Shown here one piece after another: positions 1 through 6,356 of a stretch of 10,560 nt of DNA. Under the pieces are notes generated by a model. It was not told the DNA's origin. It saw only the letters and a program-made list of their open reading frames with translations, and made no database searches. Position numbers and translations under genes: made by a program. The DNA comes from a virus (lineage: Duplodnaviria; Heunggongvirae; Uroviricota; Caudoviricetes). Positions within the stretch are counted from its first letter, which is position 1. Every line of letters starts with the position of its first letter. The stretch lies in IMG/VR virus record IMGVR_UViG_2734482784_000004; one strand, written 5' to 3'.

Positions 1-378
1 TTATTTCGAACAATCAGCATCCATCTCCAATCGGAGATCCAACACCATCAGCATGCCCTCCACTACGCCCTCAGCTTTCTGGAGCATCCTGCCAACCCAA
101 CAATCAGATCGCCCATGCTTACGTGCAAGCGCCATAAAAGTCATGCCGCCGACATAATAGTCCACCAATAAATCATGTAAATCGCTGTTGTTTTTTTTCA
201 GGCGAGCCATACATTCACAAATGATCATCGCGTCATCGTCACAGCATTGCGGACGAGATCTTACTTTTGAAGGAATTAATCCCTTAAAACCGGCGGCAAT
301 GGACGACCAGGTCACATCTTCATGATTATTAGCCGCCCATGCCCCCCAACGCTCAAGAACCATCTGAATATCACGCAT
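1..378 (-). CDS. Phage late-gene antitermination protein Q family (QuuD-like, 125 aa)
   Basis: Complete minus-strand ORF with TAA stop at 1..3. ATG at 376..378 is preceded by GGAG (complement of 386..389) with a 7-nt spacer; the ORF-track start at 393 is a TTG extension. The translation [26 protein letters not shown]...[12 protein letters not shown] is Cys-rich and matches my memory of short Q antiterminators (DLP12 QuuD type). It sits immediately downstream of the DUF968 gene, as Q does in Qin-like prophages. Confidence 0.75.
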   Translation of the reverse strand: MRDIQMVLERWGAWAANNHEDVTWSSIAAGFKGLIPSKVRSRPQCCDDDAMIICECMARLKKNNSDLHDLLVDYYVGGMTFMALARKHGRSDCWVGRMLQKAEGVVEGMLMVLDLRLEMDADCSK

Positions 379-395
379 CAACTTACTCCACAAAA

Positions 396-1445
396 TTAGG
401 CCAGCACACCAATTGCCAGCGCGCGATCGATAAATCGAAAAATCAGCTCCAGTTGGGAGCCATACTTCTCTTCAAATGCCACGGTATCCGTATGCAACTC
501 GTCGTGATGCTTTCTGCACAAAGGCAACACAAAGAGATCATGTGCTTTGGTTCCCATTCCGCCCTGCCCGTGACCAATCAGATGATGCGGATCGTCGGCT
601 GGCATACCGCAGCAAGCACACGGCTGTGTCTTAACCCAGCGTGTGTATTTCTCCTTAACCCAACGGTGACGTTTAGGCAGCTTCATGAAAGATTCCGGAG
701 ACTCTGGATCAACGGTGATGCTTACCACCGTCTTTTCCTGTGATGGGTTTTGTTGCTGGTGGGCGTGAGGCAACGGTGCAAGATTTTTTGTGCGCTGTTT
801 CAATATGCTGGTGGCGGTCTGCTCTCCCGGTACGATGTCGCTTTCGCGGTACACCGAGCAGTTTTTTTCCGCTGGTAATCCCAGCGAGCGACGTAATACC
901 ACTTCCGGTAGCGCGTCCGCCACCTGATTGCGGACCGCCCACCAGGATAATTCAGCCAGAGATAATTCACGCTCCTGCGTACCGCTTATTGCGTGACCGA
1001 TGACGTCAATCATCCATGCTGACAGGTTTTGATGAGCAAGTTGCTCGAGTGATTCGGATGTCTGGTCACGCAGCTGGTTGTCGCAGTGCCAGCACAACAC
1101 CATTGCGCCGGTACCATAACGGTGAATAACGGTTTCGCTGTGATGATAATCGCCGTGTGGCCACTGGCAGGATTTAATATGGCGCAACAGCCAGTCAGAC
1201 AATGCACCAGCACCACCAGCAGCACGAATTACCCGTGCGTTACTGAAAAACGGCAGCAATGTTTTGTCTTCCACCAGCGGCTGGCGAACGGCAGGAACGA
1301 CCCCGGACGGCAGATTACGCATGCTTTTCGGTTCCGGCTCCACCAGTACCCGGGTATTGTGGAATACCGGCATGGATTCACGGCCCGGCTTAACGACCAC
1401 CAGCCCGAGTTCCGGTACCAGAACAGGTCGAAGTAATACCCGCAC
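396..1445 (-). CDS. ydfU: DUF968-family prophage protein, YdfU-like (349 aa)
   Basis: 349-codon minus ORF with GTG start at 1443..1445 preceded by GGAG and a 5-nt spacer, TAA stop at 396..398. Length and N-terminus ([14 protein letters not shown]...) match my recollection of Qin YdfU. A C-terminal Cys/His cluster ([21 protein letters not shown]...CRKHHDELH) suggests a metal-binding or HNH-like motif. Confidence 0.75.
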   Translation of the reverse strand: MRVLLRPVLVPELGLVVVKPGRESMPVFHNTRVLVEPEPKSMRNLPSGVVPAVRQPLVEDKTLLPFFSNARVIRAAGGAGALSDWLLRHIKSCQWPHGDYHHSETVIHRYGTGAMVLCWHCDNQLRDQTSESLEQLAHQNLSAWMIDVIGHAISGTQERELSLAELSWWAVRNQVADALPEVVLRRSLGLPAEKNCSVYRESDIVPGEQTATSILKQRTKNLAPLPHAHQQQNPSQEKTVVSITVDPESPESFMKLPKRHRWVKEKYTRWVKTQPCACCGMPADDPHHLIGHGQGGMGTKAHDLFVLPLCRKHHDELHTDTVAFEEKYGSQLELIFRFIDRALAIGVLA

Positions 1446-1446
1446 G

Positions 1447-1725
1447 TTACCTCCAGATGCGTTGCTGGAATGTACGGGACGGACGCGGTGGGCGTTCGGA
1501 GTAAGGCAATCTGACTGAGATTATCCAGTGACGGTAGTCGAGACTAAGAGCTTTCTTAACCTCGTATCCGCGCCTGCGGTAACACTGAATTATCCATTCA
1601 GCCTGCTCTTCAGTGCATGGAGGGTGCTGGAACCATTCAGACTTGAATGCGTGAGAATACCGCTCGTGCGTGCAGGCAAGAACGGGCGAATTATCAGAAT
1701 TGTAATATTTTACGTTGCGTGCCAT
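1447..1725 (-). CDS. Hypothetical Cys/His-containing small protein (92 aa)
   Basis: ATG at 1723..1725 preceded by GGAG with a 7-nt spacer. TAA stop at 1447..1449 is separated by one base from the GTG start of the downstream DUF968 gene, suggesting translational coupling. No family recognised. Confidence 0.5.
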   Translation of the reverse strand: MARNVKYYNSDNSPVLACTHERYSHAFKSEWFQHPPCTEEQAEWIIQCYRRRGYEVKKALSLDYRHWIISVRLPYSERPPRPSRTFQQRIWR

Positions 1726-1791
1726 CGGTTTTCTCCGGTGGCACGGTGTTACTCAGCGGGAGTTCAGCCCCGCGCAAGATTGTAGATGAGT

Positions 1792-2043
1792 TTATTCTTC
1801 TGCAAAAGCTGAAAAGCCTGCTTTTATTCCGATCTCTTTCAGTGCCTGTAATGAAGTGACAAACTCACCTTCGCGCAAGATAAATCCGTCTGTCACTCGA
1901 CCATCCACAAAATTAATTAACGCAGCCCCATTCTTTCGCAAACACATAATGCGGTAATGACTAACAAGATTTCCATTTTCAACGCACACAGCATAGAGGC
2001 CATCTTCACAAAAAATTTTACGCAGTTCTTCGATGTTCATCAT
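1792..2043 (-). CDS. rem: Rem-like small prophage protein (83 aa)
   Basis: 83-aa minus ORF starting with tandem ATG codons, preceded by GGAAGG with a 6-nt spacer. Position between the YdfU-like gene and hokD, and the 83-aa length, fit the Qin rem gene; the sequence identity is not verified from memory. Confidence 0.55.
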   Translation of the reverse strand: MMNIEELRKIFCEDGLYAVCVENGNLVSHYRIMCLRKNGAALINFVDGRVTDGFILREGEFVTSLQALKEIGIKAGFSAFAEE

Positions 2044-2121
2044 CAGAATCCTTCCGGATAATTAGCTCTCCCCTTTAAGGGACCATCCCTCTTATCCCTG
2101 CGCGCTACTTAAGTATTTTTG

Positions 2122-2151
2122 ATTCTATTCCGGCACCGTCCAGAACTTCAA
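2122..2151 (-). promoter_or_regulatory. Candidate sigma70 promoter for the rem-like gene (-35 TTGAAG, 18-nt spacer, -10 TAGAAT on the minus strand)
   Basis: Hexamers read from the reverse complement of 2122..2151, located just downstream of the hok terminator and about 70 nt upstream of the rem-like start codon. Confidence 0.25.
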
Positions 2152-2159
2152 ACGCGTTG

Positions 2160-2191
2160 AAAATAAAAACAAAAACCCGCCGAAGCGGGTT
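2160..2191 (-). terminator. Rho-independent terminator downstream of hokD
   Basis: On the minus strand, ACCCGC-ttcg-GCGGGT hairpin followed by TTTTTGTTTTTATTTT (complement of 2160..2191). Confidence 0.6.
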
Positions 2192-2259
2192 AAGTGCGGG
2201 TGCGTTGAGGATGCCTGCCACATCAGAGGTGGCGAGGGATTTCTCCCTCGCCGGGTCTC

Positions 2260-2415
2260 TTACTCCTCAGGTTCGTAAGCTGTGAAGACAGCGACCTCCG
2301 TCTGGCCGGTTCGGATTCGTACCTCGCAGAGGTCTTTCCTCGTTACCAGTGCCGTCACTATGACGGTTAAACAGATGACGATCAGGGCGATTAACATCGC
2401 CTTTTGCTGCTTCAT
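2260..2415 (-). CDS. hokD: Hok-family type I toxin (HokD/RelF-like, 51 aa)
   Basis: Translation from the internal ATG at 2413..2415 is MKQQKAMLIALIVICLTVIVTALVTRKDLCEVRIRTGQTEVAVFTAYEPEE, which matches HokD/RelF as I remember it. AAGGAG lies 9 nt upstream. A GC-rich hairpin (2231..2252, GGCGAGGGA-tttc-TCCCTCGCC) follows the stop codon and the terminator lies further downstream. Confidence 0.9.
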   Translation of the reverse strand: MKQQKAMLIALIVICLTVIVTALVTRKDLCEVRIRTGQTEVAVFTAYEPEE

Positions 2416-2672
2416 AGCCTGCTTCTCCTTGCCTTTCGGCACGTAAGAGGCTAACCTACATGTGTCTAGCATGAAATTGGCCTCAGATTAATGTTAAGCG
2501 TCTTGCAGGACGCGTAATGTTAACTGGGGCTTTTCTCTACCTGCCGTTGGTGTTCGTGCCCGAGGCAGATAGCCTCAAGCACCCGCAGTCATTCTACTTA
2601 ACTAAGATTTCCCCGCAAACCGTTTTGTCCAGCACAGTAAATATCCAACTAAACCAATGGAGTTCGCTGTAT

Positions 2673-2852
2673 TTACCGCCAGTATTCAATGCACATGACC
2701 GCCATGAACACCCCTAAAAAAAGGGCATTTATATATCCAAATATTAATATCAAAACATCAACTTTTTCCATATACCTTGCTGTGAAGATGATGGGCATAC
2801 ATGATGCGAACAACCAGAACGCAACAAACAAAAACTGCAATGCGTTTTTCAT
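2673..2852 (-). CDS. Small predicted two-helix membrane protein (59 aa) in an AT-rich islet
   Basis: ATG at 2850..2852 preceded by GGGGGA; the ORF-track GTG at 2891 has GAGG directly abutting it, so the shorter form is preferred. The product (MKNALQFLFVAFWLFASCMPIIF...VDVLILIFGYINALFLGVFMAVMCIEYWR) has two hydrophobic stretches. Surrounding DNA is visibly AT-rich. Confidence 0.4.
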   Translation of the reverse strand: MKNALQFLFVAFWLFASCMPIIFTARYMEKVDVLILIFGYINALFLGVFMAVMCIEYWR

Positions 2853-3215
2853 TATTCCCCCTACAATCAATGTGCAATAACATTTAAACACACCTCAATT
2901 TAGCCGGACATATAAATATCTAAACCAGAAAAAATCACTTACATAGCGTTACAAACTCTTTAGTCTAAATATTCATCGTAAAACATTCCCCATACTTATC
3001 AGCCCGTTCTGCGCCAGGTAGCTCATTGCCTTATCTGGGAACCTGTAATCAGGTTTCCGGATGCTGGTGGATTTTCGCGTTTTAGTTGTTCATAAAAGTG
3101 CACAGCTTTAACCAGTTCTTCTGATGTAACCGGGACTGGCGGGGCAGTGAATAAGGCCTGAATTTCATAGTTCGGCCTATCGTTACAATCCTCTTTTTTC
3201 GGTACATATTTCCAG

Positions 3216-3338
3216 TCACCAGACCACTACTTCCCCTGAAAGTCCGTAACGCCTTTTTTTCACGTAGCGATATCGCCATGCCACTGTTTTTGCTTGCCCC
3301 GCCGTTTCATGCCCTTCCTGATAATTAACCTCGCTCAT
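3216..3338 (-). CDS. Hypothetical 40-aa basic peptide, start overlapping the stop of the upstream 58-aa ORF (ATGA)
   Basis: ATG at 3336..3338 overlaps the TGA at 3335..3337 of the upstream ORF. Translation MSEVNYQEGHETAGQAKTVAWRYRYVKKRRYGLSGEVVVW. Below the ORF-track length cutoff and competes with a different-frame 65-aa ORF at 3082..3279. Confidence 0.25.
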   Translation of the reverse strand: MSEVNYQEGHETAGQAKTVAWRYRYVKKRRYGLSGEVVVW

Positions 3339-3511
3339 TCATCGCCCCACTCATCACAATATGCTTCGACCGGAGTTTTTCCTGCTTCATAATCATCACG
3401 CCATGCTTCAGCATCAGCAGCACTGCTACCACGTAACTCTGCATAGTCCATTAACAGTTCATGCCATTCTTCAAAACCGACGTTGTATTTAGTTGAACCA
3501 AAATCAGCCAT
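3335..3511 (-). CDS. Hypothetical small acidic protein (58 aa)
   Basis: ATG at 3509..3511 preceded by GAAGAGGAAG about 6 to 8 nt upstream. Translation MADFGSTKYNVGFEEWHELLMDYAELRGSSAADAEAWRDDYEAGKTPVEAYCDEWGDE is strongly acidic with a protein-like composition. Not in the ORF track because it is under 60 aa. Confidence 0.45.
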   Translation of the reverse strand: MADFGSTKYNVGFEEWHELLMDYAELRGSSAADAEAWRDDYEAGKTPVEAYCDEWGDE

Positions 3512-3548
3512 TTTGTTCTTCCTCTTCGTCTTTTATTTCGTGATATGA

Positions 3549-3686
3549 TTAATTGCAGTAGTTAAAGAAAATATCTTTTGCTTCGTCATGTATTTCATCA
3601 GGCGTCGCATCATTATCCACTTCGAATTCATCCTCGAAATCTCCACCGGCTATTCCCGTTTCAATAATTATTTTAAACTTTCGCAT
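3549..3686 (-). CDS. Hypothetical small acidic protein (45 aa)
   Basis: ATG at 3684..3686, TAA at 3549..3551. Translation MRKFKIIIETGIAGGDFEDEFEVDNDATPDEIHDEAKDIFFNYCN. AGGAGG lies upstream but is separated from the ATG by a GC hairpin (3698..3715). Confidence 0.3.
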   Translation of the reverse strand: MRKFKIIIETGIAGGDFEDEFEVDNDATPDEIHDEAKDIFFNYCN

Positions 3687-3697
3687 TTAACTACCGC

Positions 3698-3715
3698 CCT
3701 TTCGGGCGGCCTCCT
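3698..3715 (-). promoter_or_regulatory. GC-rich hairpin (GCCGCCC-gaaa-GGGCGGT on the minus strand) between an AGGAGG motif and the start of the 45-aa ORF
   Basis: Inverted repeat read directly from the sequence. No U-run follows on either strand, so it is unlikely to be an intrinsic terminator; it could bring the SD-like motif close to the start codon or act as an RNA processing or stability element. Confidence 0.3.
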
Positions 3716-4193
3716 GATGTTCTGAGGGTGCAGAAATCCCTCCGGTTAAGGATTAAATTTTTAACAGTGCTAAATTTAATTATTCAGTTCTGGATTTTGT
3801 CACCCTGCGTATCCGCGCTTTCCCGTTACGCTCAATCTGAATTAGCTTTTCTATATTTTTTCGCCTTTCCCGTTCCTCCTGGCGCAAGAGCCTTACATCA
3901 TCTGCCAGTCTGGTTTCTCTTTTCGCCACAGAGAGCATCCAGTCAAATGGCTCCACAACTGCACCTCAGATTTTACAGCGGACCTGACGCTCTTTTTCGT
4001 CAACCCGGACAGAAGCGTGATGGCAATATGGTCTTTCCGATGGCTCATAAAGAAAATTAACCTGATTACGAGGGTCATCCTCTTTTATCGGAAATAAAAC
4101 GATATTGCTTAACTAATCCTCTGGTTTTATTTCCATGCTCCTCTCCTTTGATGCGAATGCCAGCGGTAATTGAAGCCTGATAGCTAATTTCAC

Positions 4194-4616
4194 TCACAGT
4201 ACCGCCTCCTGAAAATTACCCTGATAGAAAGCCAGTACACGCTGCATAGCTTCACTCTTCCGGCACTCGCGACAGATTATGTTTAGACGACTGTCGTAGC
4301 GACGTATTTCTCCATCAGGTAACGACCAGATAAGGTCCGGATCAACCACAGCTGTTTTCTTCACCTTTGCCCTCGAGAGTTTTTTGCGGGCGTTTTGCCA
4401 GTCCTTACGCGCCTGTTCAGACGGGAATAACCCGTAGCCGGAGTTGTATACATCGCCACTGGCTACCAGCTCTCTGGCAAGAACGCTCATCAGATATCTA
4501 GTCGCACCTGTTTTAGCTTCCAGTTGCCGTAACGTCTCACGACCGCTCTGGCGCACGAGTTCCACCACCTGCCCTTTAATTTTTTCCCGCTCTTCTTGTG
4601 TAAAAACTTTTGCCAC
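4194..4616 (-). CDS. Hypothetical 140-aa protein, possible regulator
   Basis: GTG start at 4614..4616 preceded by AAGGGGGA with a 3 to 4-nt spacer; TGA at 4194..4196. Basic and soluble, with a helix-rich N-terminus (RETLRQLEAKTGATRYLMSVLAREL) that could be HTH-like. No family confidently recognised. Confidence 0.65.
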   Translation of the reverse strand: MAKVFTQEEREKIKGQVVELVRQSGRETLRQLEAKTGATRYLMSVLARELVASGDVYNSGYGLFPSEQARKDWQNARKKLSRAKVKKTAVVDPDLIWSLPDGEIRRYDSRLNIICRECRKSEAMQRVLAFYQGNFQEAVL

Positions 4617-4656
4617 AAGTCCCCCTTAAAATTACCTCATGACCTGAAATCAAAAC

Positions 4657-4785
4657 TTATCCTCTGAAACCAGGCGGAATTTCTGTATCCGGTTCAGAAA
4701 TATGATTAACACAACGCTGTACAGGTGAACGCCCCAGGCGGATGACCAGTTCGTCCCATTTTTCGCGGAGCTTTGACGGGCTCAT
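4657..4785 (-). CDS. Possible 42-aa upstream ORF
   Basis: ATG at 4783..4785, TAA at 4657..4659, translation MSPSKLREKWDELVIRLGRSPVQRCVNHISEPDTEIPPGFRG. Weak ribosome-binding site; lies in the divergent intergenic region and may be non-coding. Confidence 0.2.
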   Translation of the reverse strand: MSPSKLREKWDELVIRLGRSPVQRCVNHISEPDTEIPPGFRG

Positions 4786-4942
4786 GATGTTTTTTACCCA
4801 GAATGGATCCCGCTGTATGTGGCGTGTTCCCCAACCAGGACGGTACGTTCACCGCGATGACATATACCAAAAGCAAAACGTTTAAAACCGAATCTGGCGC
4901 GCGTTGCTGGTTAGCCAGAAACACTGACTGATGAGGCTGACG

Positions 4943-5308
4943 ATGGAATTTAAAGATTTACCGTCTGATGTACAGAAAACAGCAGCTCATACATTGCATT
5001 CTGTGCTGCGAGAAATCGGGAAAGATATTGCAAGCGAGCCAGCAAAAGATCTGGCCCGGAAAATCAAGACCGCTTTCGTTGAGCTTTATAATGTTGGCAC
5101 TGACTCTGAAACTGTCGAGACCAAGACCGTAAGTTCACCAATATTCTCACTTGAGCCAGGCGTATTAGCAGGTGAAATATGCACCGAGATTTCCAGCGAA
5201 CTGCTTCCGGTAATACGAGAAGCAATTTGCCGTCGCGGTTTGGATGGAAGTTACGATCATGACGTCCTGCAAGTTCTCAGGACAATGGTGACTTCACTGG
5301 GGATTTGA
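4943..5308 (+). CDS. Hypothetical acidic protein (121 aa)
   Basis: ATG at 4943 preceded by GAGG (4933..4936) with a 6-nt spacer; the ORF-track start at 4931 lacks an RBS. TGA at 5306..5308. No motif recognised. Confidence 0.6.
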   Translation: MEFKDLPSDVQKTAAHTLHSVLREIGKDIASEPAKDLARKIKTAFVELYNVGTDSETVETKTVSSPIFSLEPGVLAGEICTEISSELLPVIREAICRRGLDGSYDHDVLQVLRTMVTSLGI

Positions 5309-5477
5309 TCCCTGCGTCCTCTAACCTTTTGATATAGCGGTCCTCCAAGAAGCGGTAAATTTTGTCGAAATCATCTTTCCCCTCTGGTTTATTCAGAGGA
5401 TTACAGGACCCGTAAGTAGCGGCATACATTTCAACCGTTTTATCAAAAATATAAGAGACAAATTCTTCTTTAGTCAT
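5277..5477 (-). CDS. Hypothetical 66-aa protein, convergent with and overlapping the 121-aa gene
   Basis: ATG at 5475..5477 preceded by AGAAGGAA with a 7-nt spacer; TGA at 5277..5279. The longer ORF-track form from 5564 has a low-complexity N-terminus and no RBS. The 3' end overlaps 4943..5308 by 32 nt. Confidence 0.45.
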   Translation of the reverse strand: MTKEEFVSYIFDKTVEMYAATYGSCNPLNKPEGKDDFDKIYRFLEDRYIKRLEDAGIKSPVKSPLS

Positions 5478-5752
5478 ATAGATTTCCTTCTTGGTTATTC
5501 GGGATAAGAAGGATACCACCTCGCCTGACGTGGTTAAAAGCAGGCACACAACACGAAAGCGCACGGCGAAGTTCGTCTCACTGTACGGTGTCGTTAAATT
5601 TAATTCGACCGTGCGCTTCCGGTTGTGGCAACCCGCGAAATGGCGCGGCGGTAAGTATGGCGGGGTTATTCCTTCCCCGTTGAGGACACCGAGTTGTCAG
5701 GTTGACCATACGCTTAAGTGACAACCCCGCTGCAACGCCCTCTGTTATCAAT

Positions 5753-5810
5753 TTTCTGGTGACGTTTGGCGGTATCAGTTTTACTCCGTGACTGCTCTGC
5801 CGCCGTTTTT
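5753..5810 (+). ncRNA. dicF: DicF small regulatory RNA (ftsZ-targeting, Hfq-dependent)
   Basis: Sequence TTTCTGGTGACGTTTGGCGGTATCAGTTTTACTCCGTGACTGCTCTGCCGCC followed by GTTTTT matches DicF as I remember it, including the GGCGG/CCGCC terminator stem and U-tail. It lies immediately upstream of dicB, as in Qin. Confidence 0.85.
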
Positions 5811-5979
5811 AAAGTGAATTTTGTGATGCGGTGAATGCGGCTAAGCGCACGCGGAACAGTTAAAACCAAAAACAGTGTTATGGGTGGATTCTCTGTATCC
5901 GGCGTTAATTGTTAACTGGTTAACGTCACCTGGAGGCACCAGGCACTGCATCACAAAATTCATTGTTGAGGACGCGATA

Positions 5980-6168
5980 ATGAAAACGTTATTACCAAAC
6001 GTTAATACGTCTGAAGGTTGTTTTGAAATTGGTGTCACTATCAGTAACCCTGTATTTACTGAAGATGCCATTAACAAGAGAAAACAAGAACGGGAGCTAT
6101 TAAATAAAATATGCATTGTTTCAATGCTGGCTCGTTTACGTCTGATGCCAAAAGGATGTGCACAATGA
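5980..6168 (+). CDS. dicB: Cell-division inhibitor DicB (62 aa)
   Basis: ATG at 5980 preceded by GAGGA with a 7-nt spacer. Translation MKTLLPNVNTSEGCFEIGVTISNPVFTEDAINKRKQERELLNKICIVSMLARLRLMPKGCAQ corresponds to K-12 DicB from memory. The ORF-track 97-aa form is an in-frame upstream extension. Confidence 0.9.
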   Translation: MKTLLPNVNTSEGCFEIGVTISNPVFTEDAINKRKQERELLNKICIVSMLARLRLMPKGCAQ

Positions 6169-6356
6169 ATTCAGCATTTGCGCTTGTTCTGACAGTTTTT
6201 CTTGTTTCCGGAGAGCCAGTTGATATTGCAGTCAGTGTTCACAAGACAATGCAGGAGTGTATGACTGCAGCAACCGAACAGAAAATTCCCGGTAACTGTT
6301 ACCCGGTCGATAAAGTTATTCACCAGGATAATATCGAAATCCCGGCAGGTCTTTAA
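6165..6356 (+). CDS. ydfD: YdfD-like small lysis protein (63 aa)
   Basis: ATG at 6165 overlaps the dicB TGA (ATGA at 6165..6168). Translation MNSAFALVLTVFLVSGEPVDIAVSVHKTMQECMTAATEQKIPGNCYPVDKVIHQDNIEIPAGL has a hydrophobic N-terminus and fits Qin YdfD in length, position and sequence as recalled. Confidence 0.85.
   Translation: MNSAFALVLTVFLVSGEPVDIAVSVHKTMQECMTAATEQKIPGNCYPVDKVIHQDNIEIPAGL

Noticed and set aside
1-393. 130-aa form of the Q ORF starting at 393
   Set aside because: The start at 391..393 is TTG without a spaced SD; the ATG at 376..378 has a properly spaced GGAG, so the 125-aa form is preferred.
339-743. 134-aa plus-strand ORF
   Set aside because: Lies entirely antisense within the Q and YdfU-like coding sequences; low-complexity translation and no RBS.
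2260-2472. 70-aa extended Hok ORF as a single protein
   Set aside because: The Hok peptide begins at the internal ATG (2413..2415), which has a strong SD. The upstream in-frame extension is more likely leader sequence, although a mok-like reading frame cannot be excluded.
2472-2700. relE/relB antitoxin-toxin genes upstream of hokD
   Set aside because: No ORF of the right size or sequence character exists on the minus strand here; relBE appear absent.
3082-3279. 65-aa minus-strand ORF
   Set aside because: Lys/Arg-rich low-complexity translation and no RBS; it competes with the ATGA-coupled 40-aa frame. Neither is certain.
3728-4060. 110-aa plus-strand ORF and the 61-aa minus ORF at 3893..4078
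   Set aside because: The plus ORF has a GTG start abutting its GAGG and an implausible composition; the minus ORF has GAGG with zero spacing. Treated as non-coding, but the region may hold an RNA element.
5491-5721. 76-aa plus-strand ORF upstream of dicF
   Set aside because: TTG start without an RBS and a basic low-complexity translation; more likely the untranslated leader or processing region of the DicF precursor.
5875-6168. 97-aa extended DicB ORF
   Set aside because: In-frame upstream extension; the RBS-supported ATG at 5980 gives the known 62-aa DicB.
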